A program made the translations under genes and the position numbers. Shown here piece by piece: positions 59,670 to 64,000 of a DNA stretch of 64,000 bases. The first letter of the stretch is position 1. The number at the start of each line of letters is the position of its first letter. The notes below the pieces were generated by a model. That model did not search any database. It had not been told where the DNA came from and worked only from the letters and a program-made list of their open reading frames with translations. This stretch comes from an uncultured Thermomicrobiales bacterium (GTDB lineage: Bacteria; Chloroflexota; Chloroflexia; Thermomicrobiales; UBA6265): contig CAXTHM010000014.1 of assembly GCA_964244115.1 (NCBI GenBank), positions 330 through 64,329 of the forward strand, given 5' to 3'.

Positions 59670-60128
59670 TTACTCGACGATCCAGCGGTCGCCGTCGCGG
59701 GAGTACGAGACGATCTCACCCTCGTCGAAGAACAGCGCGACCTCACGGGCAGCGCTCTCCGGGCTGTCAGAGCCATGGACAAGATTGCGGCCGACCTGGA
59801 GGGCGAAGTCGCCCCGGATCGTGCCCGGCGCGGCGACGACGGGGTTAGTGCTGCCGATCGTGGCGCGGGCGGCGGCGATCCCGTCGGAGCCCTCGAAGAC
59901 CATGATGGCCGACGGGCCGGAGCCGATGTATTCGACCAGCCCGGCGTAGAAGCCCTTGCCCTGATGCTCGGCGTAGTGCTGCGAGGCGAGCGACTCGTCG
60001 ATGACCTGGAACTTGACCGCGACGAGCTTGAGGCCGCGTCCTTCGAGCCGGCTGATGATCGTGCCGGTCAGTCCGCGCTGGACCGCGTCCGGCTTGGCGA
60101 TGATGAGGGTGTGCTGGACGTCGGCCAT
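59670..60128 (-). CDS. ndk: nucleoside-diphosphate kinase
   Basis: MADVQHTLIIAKPDAVQRGL, GFYAGLVEYIGSGP, TIRGDFA, NLVHGSDS (active-site His). Start set at ATG 60128 inside the track ORF. Confidence 0.9.
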   Translation of the reverse strand: MADVQHTLIIAKPDAVQRGLTGTIISRLEGRGLKLVAVKFQVIDESLASQHYAEHQGKGFYAGLVEYIGSGPSAIMVFEGSDGIAAARATIGSTNPVVAAPGTIRGDFALQVGRNLVHGSDSPESAAREVALFFDEGEIVSYSRDGDRWIVE

Positions 60129-60355
60129 CGAGGCTCCCTTGTGATGAACGGTCTGGCGGACTCGGTGCCGCATGAGACCAGCGAATACTGCTGCCCCAGA
60201 GATGACGCAGGGCAAACCCGGCGAAGGATACCGCACGGGACATCCCGGGACTGTCGTGGGAAGGTAAACGTTCGCCCGTGTTTCCCGGCTAGCTGGCCAG
60301 ATAGTGGTCCAAGGGGGGAGGGTCGACGTGAATCGCCCCCCAGATGCACGGTGAC

Positions 60356-60406
60356 GTTTCACGTGAAACCCGTCCGCTCACCTCGACGCGGCGTTTCACG
60401 TGAAAC
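60356..60406. promoter_or_regulatory. two perfect 14-bp palindromes GTTTCACGTGAAAC, 37 bp centre to centre, upstream of ndk
   Basis: 60356-60369 and 60393-60406, both preceded by C (CGTTTCACGTGAAAC). They lie 230-280 nt upstream of the ndk ATG. Confidence 0.4.
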
Positions 60407-60418
60407 ATCGCTCTAGAC

Positions 60419-60459
60419 GACGAAGGGCCACGACGAGCGAATCGTCGCGGCCCTTCGTC
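60419..60459. terminator. long compound hairpin downstream of the E2 gene
   Basis: GACGAAGGGCC-[CGACGA-GCGAA-TCGTCG]-GGCCCTTCGTC. Followed by CTTTTG on the top strand. 27 nt after the stop of the minus-strand E2 gene. Confidence 0.5.
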
Positions 60460-60485
60460 CTTTTGACTCGCCGCAGACGGTGAGG

Positions 60486-61910
60486 CTATCCCAGCGCCAG
60501 GGTCATCGGGCGCTCGAGGTAGCCGCGCACCGTCTGCAGGAACCGGGCGACCTCGGCCCCGTCCACCGCCCGGTGGTCGGCCGCGATCGTCAGCTTCATC
60601 CGCTGCCCGATCACGATCTCGTCGCCGGAGACGACCGGCGTCCGGACGATCGCGCCGACCGCCAGGATCGCGGCCTGCGGCGGGTTGATCACCGCGATGA
60701 ACTCGTCGACATCGAGCATTCCCAGGTTGGAGATCGTGAACGTCCCGCCCTGGTACTCCTCCGGCTTGAGCCCACCGTTCTTGGCCCGGCCGATCAGGTC
60801 CTTCGCGGCCCGGGCGATCGCGCCGAGGCTCTTCTGGTCGGCGTCGGCGATGAACGGCGCGATCAGTCCACCGTCCAGCGCGACGGCGATGTTGATGTCG
60901 ATGTTCGCGTGGTCGTAGAGCTCGCCGCCCTCGAATGAGGCGTTCAGGTCGCGGTGCTGAGTCAGCGCCAGCGCGGCGGACTTGACGATCAGGTCGTTGA
61001 ACGAGACCCGCGCCCCGCCCTCGGGCAACTGCCCGTTGATCTCGGCCCGGAACGCCGACGCGGCGTCCATCGCGATCTCCGCCGTGACGTAGAAGTGCGG
61101 CACCGTCTGCTTGGACTCGGCCATCCGGCGACCGGTCACCCGGCGGATGCGGGGCAGGTCACGCAGGACCGGCTCGGGGCGCCCGGTGTAGCGCGCCGGG
61201 GCAGAGATCTGCGTCGAGGTCGCGATCTTCGATTCGGCGGCGTCGGCCGGCGCGGCGCTGACGGCGACGGGCTCGGCCCGCGGGGCTGGCGGCGGCGTAG
61301 ACTGTGCCTCCGCCTGGCGGGGCTGCTGCTTCTGGCCACCGGTGACGAACGGCATCACGTCGACCTTGACGATCCGGCCGCCCGGGCCGGTGCCGGCGAT
61401 CTGCTGGAGGTCGATGCCGTGCTCGCTCGCGAGGCGCTTGACGAGCGGCGACGCCCGGAAGCGGCCGTTGCCCTGCCCATCGGCAGCGGCAGGCGGGGCG
61501 GCGGTCGGGGGAGCGGCGGTCGCGGTGCTGGCACCGGCCCCGGCCAGGGGCGACTCCACCGTGTCGCTCTCGAGGGTGACTTCGGTCTGGTCGGTCGGCT
61601 CGGCGACGCTCGGCGTCTCCACCAGAGCCGTCGTGCTGGCGGCGTCCCCGGTCGCGCTGGCCGTCACCGCACCGTCATCGGCGCCGATCTGGGCGATCGG
61701 CTGCCCGATCGGGACGACGTCGCCCTCCCCGACGAGGAGCTTCGAGAGCGTGCCGGAGTCGGTCGCCTCGATCTCGAGCGAGACCTTGTCGGTCTCGATC
61801 TCGGCGATGGCGTCGCCCTCCTCGACCTCGTCTCCCTCGCTCTTCAGCCACTTGAGGAGCGTGCCCTCTTCCATCCCGTCGCCCATCTTGGGCATGATCA
61901 TCATCGGCAT
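60486..61910 (-). CDS. dihydrolipoamide acyltransferase (E2) of a 2-oxoacid dehydrogenase complex
   Basis: Lipoyl domain AIAEIETDKVSLEIEA. Subunit-binding domain ASPLVKRLASEHGIDLQQIAGTGPGGRI. Catalytic ADHRAVDGA. Confidence 0.9.
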   Translation of the reverse strand: MPMMIMPKMGDGMEEGTLLKWLKSEGDEVEEGDAIAEIETDKVSLEIEATDSGTLSKLLVGEGDVVPIGQPIAQIGADDGAVTASATGDAASTTALVETPSVAEPTDQTEVTLESDTVESPLAGAGASTATAAPPTAAPPAAADGQGNGRFRASPLVKRLASEHGIDLQQIAGTGPGGRIVKVDVMPFVTGGQKQQPRQAEAQSTPPPAPRAEPVAVSAAPADAAESKIATSTQISAPARYTGRPEPVLRDLPRIRRVTGRRMAESKQTVPHFYVTAEIAMDAASAFRAEINGQLPEGGARVSFNDLIVKSAALALTQHRDLNASFEGGELYDHANIDINIAVALDGGLIAPFIADADQKSLGAIARAAKDLIGRAKNGGLKPEEYQGGTFTISNLGMLDVDEFIAVINPPQAAILAVGAIVRTPVVSGDEIVIGQRMKLTIAADHRAVDGAEVARFLQTVRGYLERPMTLALG

Positions 61911-61918
61911 CTGAAGCC

Positions 61919-62905
61919 TTATCCTTTTCGGTACAGAGCGCGATTCGCCGCTTCGATCACCTGTGCAACGCCGGGAAATGCTGCGATCTCAAGGTTTCGG
62001 GCATATGGTGCCGGGACCTCGGCGCCGCTGACCCGCTCGACCGGTGCATCGAGGTAGTCGAAGGCGTGCTCCTGGATGATCGCGGCGACCTCGGACGCGA
62101 CGCTGAACCAGCGCCACTGCTCCTGGACGACGACGGCCCGGTTGGTCTTCTTCACCGACTCGATGATCGTCTCGCTGTCGAACGGGCGGATCGAGCGCAG
62201 GTCGATCACCTCGGCCTGGACGTCCTGCTCCTTCTCGAGCTGGTCGGCGACCTTGAGCAGCAGGTTGATCTGGCGGCCGTAGCTGATCAGCGTGATGTCC
62301 GACCCCTCGCGGGCGATCCGGGCCTTGCCGAACGGGACGGTCGCGTCGCCCTCGGGGACCTCGCCCTTGGTGCCGTAGAGGGCGCCGGCCTCCATGAAGA
62401 TGACCGGGTCCGGGTCGCGGATGGCGGTCAGCATCATGCCCTTGACGTCCTCCGGCGTCGCCGGGGCGACGACCTTGAGGCCGGGGAACTGGCCGTAGAA
62501 CCCTTCGAGGCTGTGCGTGTGCTGGGCGGAGAGCTGGACGCCGCCGCCGTTCGGGCCACGGATCACGATCGGGACCGAGACCTGGCCGCCGGAGAAGTAG
62601 CGCAGCTTGGCCGCGTTCTGGATGATCTGGTCCGACGCCAGGAACGAGAAGTTCCAGGTCATCATCTCGACGACGGGCTTCATCCCCATCATCGCCATCC
62701 CGATCGCGGCGCCGGTGAAGCCGCCCTCGGCGATCGGCGTGTCGATGACGCGCTTCTTGCCGAACCGGTCGATCAGCTTGTCGGTGATCAGGTGGGTGCC
62801 GCCGTAGAGACCGATGTCCTCGCCGATCAGCACGACGGACTCGTCGCGCTCCATCTCGTCGGCGAGCGCGGACTTGAGCGCATCGCGGTAGGTCATGATT
62901 GCCAT
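61919..62905 (-). CDS. 2-oxoacid dehydrogenase E1 component beta subunit
   Basis: MTYRDALKSALADEMERDESVVLIGEDIG..., VIDTPIAEGGFTGAAIGMAMMGMKPV, DLRSIRPFD. Start at ATG 62905. Confidence 0.9.
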   Translation of the reverse strand: MAIMTYRDALKSALADEMERDESVVLIGEDIGLYGGTHLITDKLIDRFGKKRVIDTPIAEGGFTGAAIGMAMMGMKPVVEMMTWNFSFLASDQIIQNAAKLRYFSGGQVSVPIVIRGPNGGGVQLSAQHTHSLEGFYGQFPGLKVVAPATPEDVKGMMLTAIRDPDPVIFMEAGALYGTKGEVPEGDATVPFGKARIAREGSDITLISYGRQINLLLKVADQLEKEQDVQAEVIDLRSIRPFDSETIIESVKKTNRAVVVQEQWRWFSVASEVAAIIQEHAFDYLDAPVERVSGAEVPAPYARNLEIAAFPGVAQVIEAANRALYRKG

Positions 62906-62973
62906 CAGGTGGTTCCTCGGTCGGACGCCAGACATCGGTCGATCGGCGCCGGGATGCTGCCAGGCCGGCGGTT

Positions 62974-64000
62974 CTAGAGCGTGCCCTGGTCGTTGCCGGG
63001 GGCGTAGACGTCCGTCGTCAGTTCGGACAGGTCCGGCTCCGGGCTCTCCTCGGCGAACCTGACGGCCTCGTCGGCGAGCTGCTTGGCGTGGGCGCGGATC
63101 TTCTCCATCGCCTCCTCGTCGGTCGCGCCGAGGTCGAGCAGGCGCTGCTCCAGCAGACCGATCGGGTCGCGCTTGCGGGCCTCGCGGACTTCGTCCTTGG
63201 AGCGGTACTGCTCGAGGAAGTCGGCGGCGCCGTGGGGCCCAAGCCGGTAGGTCATGGCCTCGACGGCGTAGGGCTTGCCGGTCTCCCGGATGTAGTCGAC
63301 GGCCTTATGGGCGACGGCGATCACCGCCTCGATGTCCATCGCGTCGACCTTCTCCCACTCGATCGCGTAGGAGTCGAACTTGGAACCGAGGTTGGTGTTG
63401 GCGGTGGCGCGCTCGACGCTGGTGCCCATGCCGTACTGGTTGTTCTCGATGATGAACAGGCAGGGGCACATCCCGTCCCTGCCCCAGAGCCCGGCCAGGT
63501 TGGCGGACTCGTGGAAGTACCCGTTGTGGATGGCGCCGTCACCGAGGTAGAGCTGGACGACGTTGCCCGTCTCCTTGTAGGCCTCGGCGTAGGCCATCCC
63601 GACGCCCAGCGGGATGTGGGCGCCGACGATACCGTAGCCGCCCCACATGCCGTTCTTGACGTCGAACAGGTGCATCGAGCCGCCCTTGCCCTTCACGATC
63701 CCGGTGCCCTTGCCATAGAGCTCGGCCATGGTGGCCTTGGGATCGCCGCCCTGGAACAGGACGTGGGCGTGGTCGCGATAGGCGGTGATCGTCTTGTCGC
63801 CCTTCTTGAATGCGTCGAGGAAGCCGCGGGCGAGCGCCTCCTGCCCGATGTAGACGTGGAGGTAGCCGCCCACCTTGCCCTGCCGGAAGCCGCGGGTGGC
63901 GGCCTCCTCGAACAGCCGGACCTCGACCATCTGCCGGTAGTAGTCGAGCAGCTTCTCGGGCGCGACGGCCGGAGCCTGGGCCGCCCCGTTGGCCGCTACG
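62974..64000 (-). CDS. 2-oxoacid dehydrogenase E1 component alpha subunit (TPP-dependent), 5' end beyond the window
   Basis: YRDHAH, LYLGDGAIHNGYFHESANLAGLW (GDG...N TPP motif), IIENNQYGMGTS. The reverse frame stays open upstream of the track's first Met through position 64000 (...PEKLLDYYRQMVEVRLFEE). Confidence 0.9.
   Translation of the reverse strand, partial: VAANGAAQAPAVAPEKLLDYYRQMVEVRLFEEAATRGFRQGKVGGYLHVYIGQEALARGFLDAFKKGDKTITAYRDHAHVLFQGGDPKATMAELYGKGTGIVKGKGGSMHLFDVKNGMWGGYGIVGAHIPLGVGMAYAEAYKETGNVVQLYLGDGAIHNGYFHESANLAGLWGRDGMCPCLFIIENNQYGMGTSVERATANTNLGSKFDSYAIEWEKVDAMDIEAVIAVAHKAVDYIRETGKPYAVEAMTYRLGPHGAADFLEQYRSKDEVREARKRDPIGLLEQRLLDLGATDEEAMEKIRAHAKQLADEAVRFAEESPEPDLSELTTDVYAPGNDQGTL

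Noticed and set aside
59583-60416. 277-aa + strand ORF between the hypothetical gene and the E2 gene
   Set aside because: It is antisense to ndk (59670..60128), which has unmistakable NDK motifs. It also spans a strong terminator hairpin and the palindrome sites.

Overview
High-GC bacterial chromosomal segment. Strong third-position GC bias means most long antisense ORFs in the track are artefacts. I can support about 55 protein-coding genes. I saw no rRNA, tRNA, CRISPR array, transposase or integrase.

Housekeeping and metabolic genes:
- rnc, prs, a HIT protein, dcd and ndk
- a 2-oxoacid dehydrogenase E1alpha/E1beta/E2 operon that runs off the right edge
- a class B penicillin-binding protein
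- an Lrp-aminotransferase pair and an NfeD-stomatin pair
- three LLM-type (F420/flavin) oxidoreductases, two MOSC proteins and two MFS exporters
- a Na+/H+ antiporter, an ECF sigma factor, a soluble GAF-PAS histidine kinase and several regulators

Accessory content:
- two VapBC-type loci, one carrying an extra orphan AbrB-like gene
- an MNT-HepT pair whose toxin is frameshifted
- a tandem pair of double-GNAT genes
- a 1008-aa membrane protein with a nuclease-like ectodomain

The standout is a tightly coupled E1 (ThiF-like) - ubiquitin-like protein - E2 (UBC-like) - JAB/JAMM cassette at 33.46-36.48 kb. It continues on the same strand into a Zn-ribbon/OB-fold protein, a SAM methyltransferase and a ClpA/B-like AAA+ ATPase with a degenerate first ring, and ends at a perfect 34-nt hairpin. 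The core resembles known prokaryotic ubiquitin-like conjugation (Bil/Cap2-Cap3-type) systems. I do not recognise the extended architecture.

Intergenic space is unusually rich in at least four families of short GC-rich hairpin or MITE-like repeats. One copy sits inside the ubiquitin-like operon. Two distinct perfect palindromes recur as candidate operators.

All calls rest on reading motifs in the translated ORFs and the DNA. No database search was possible.
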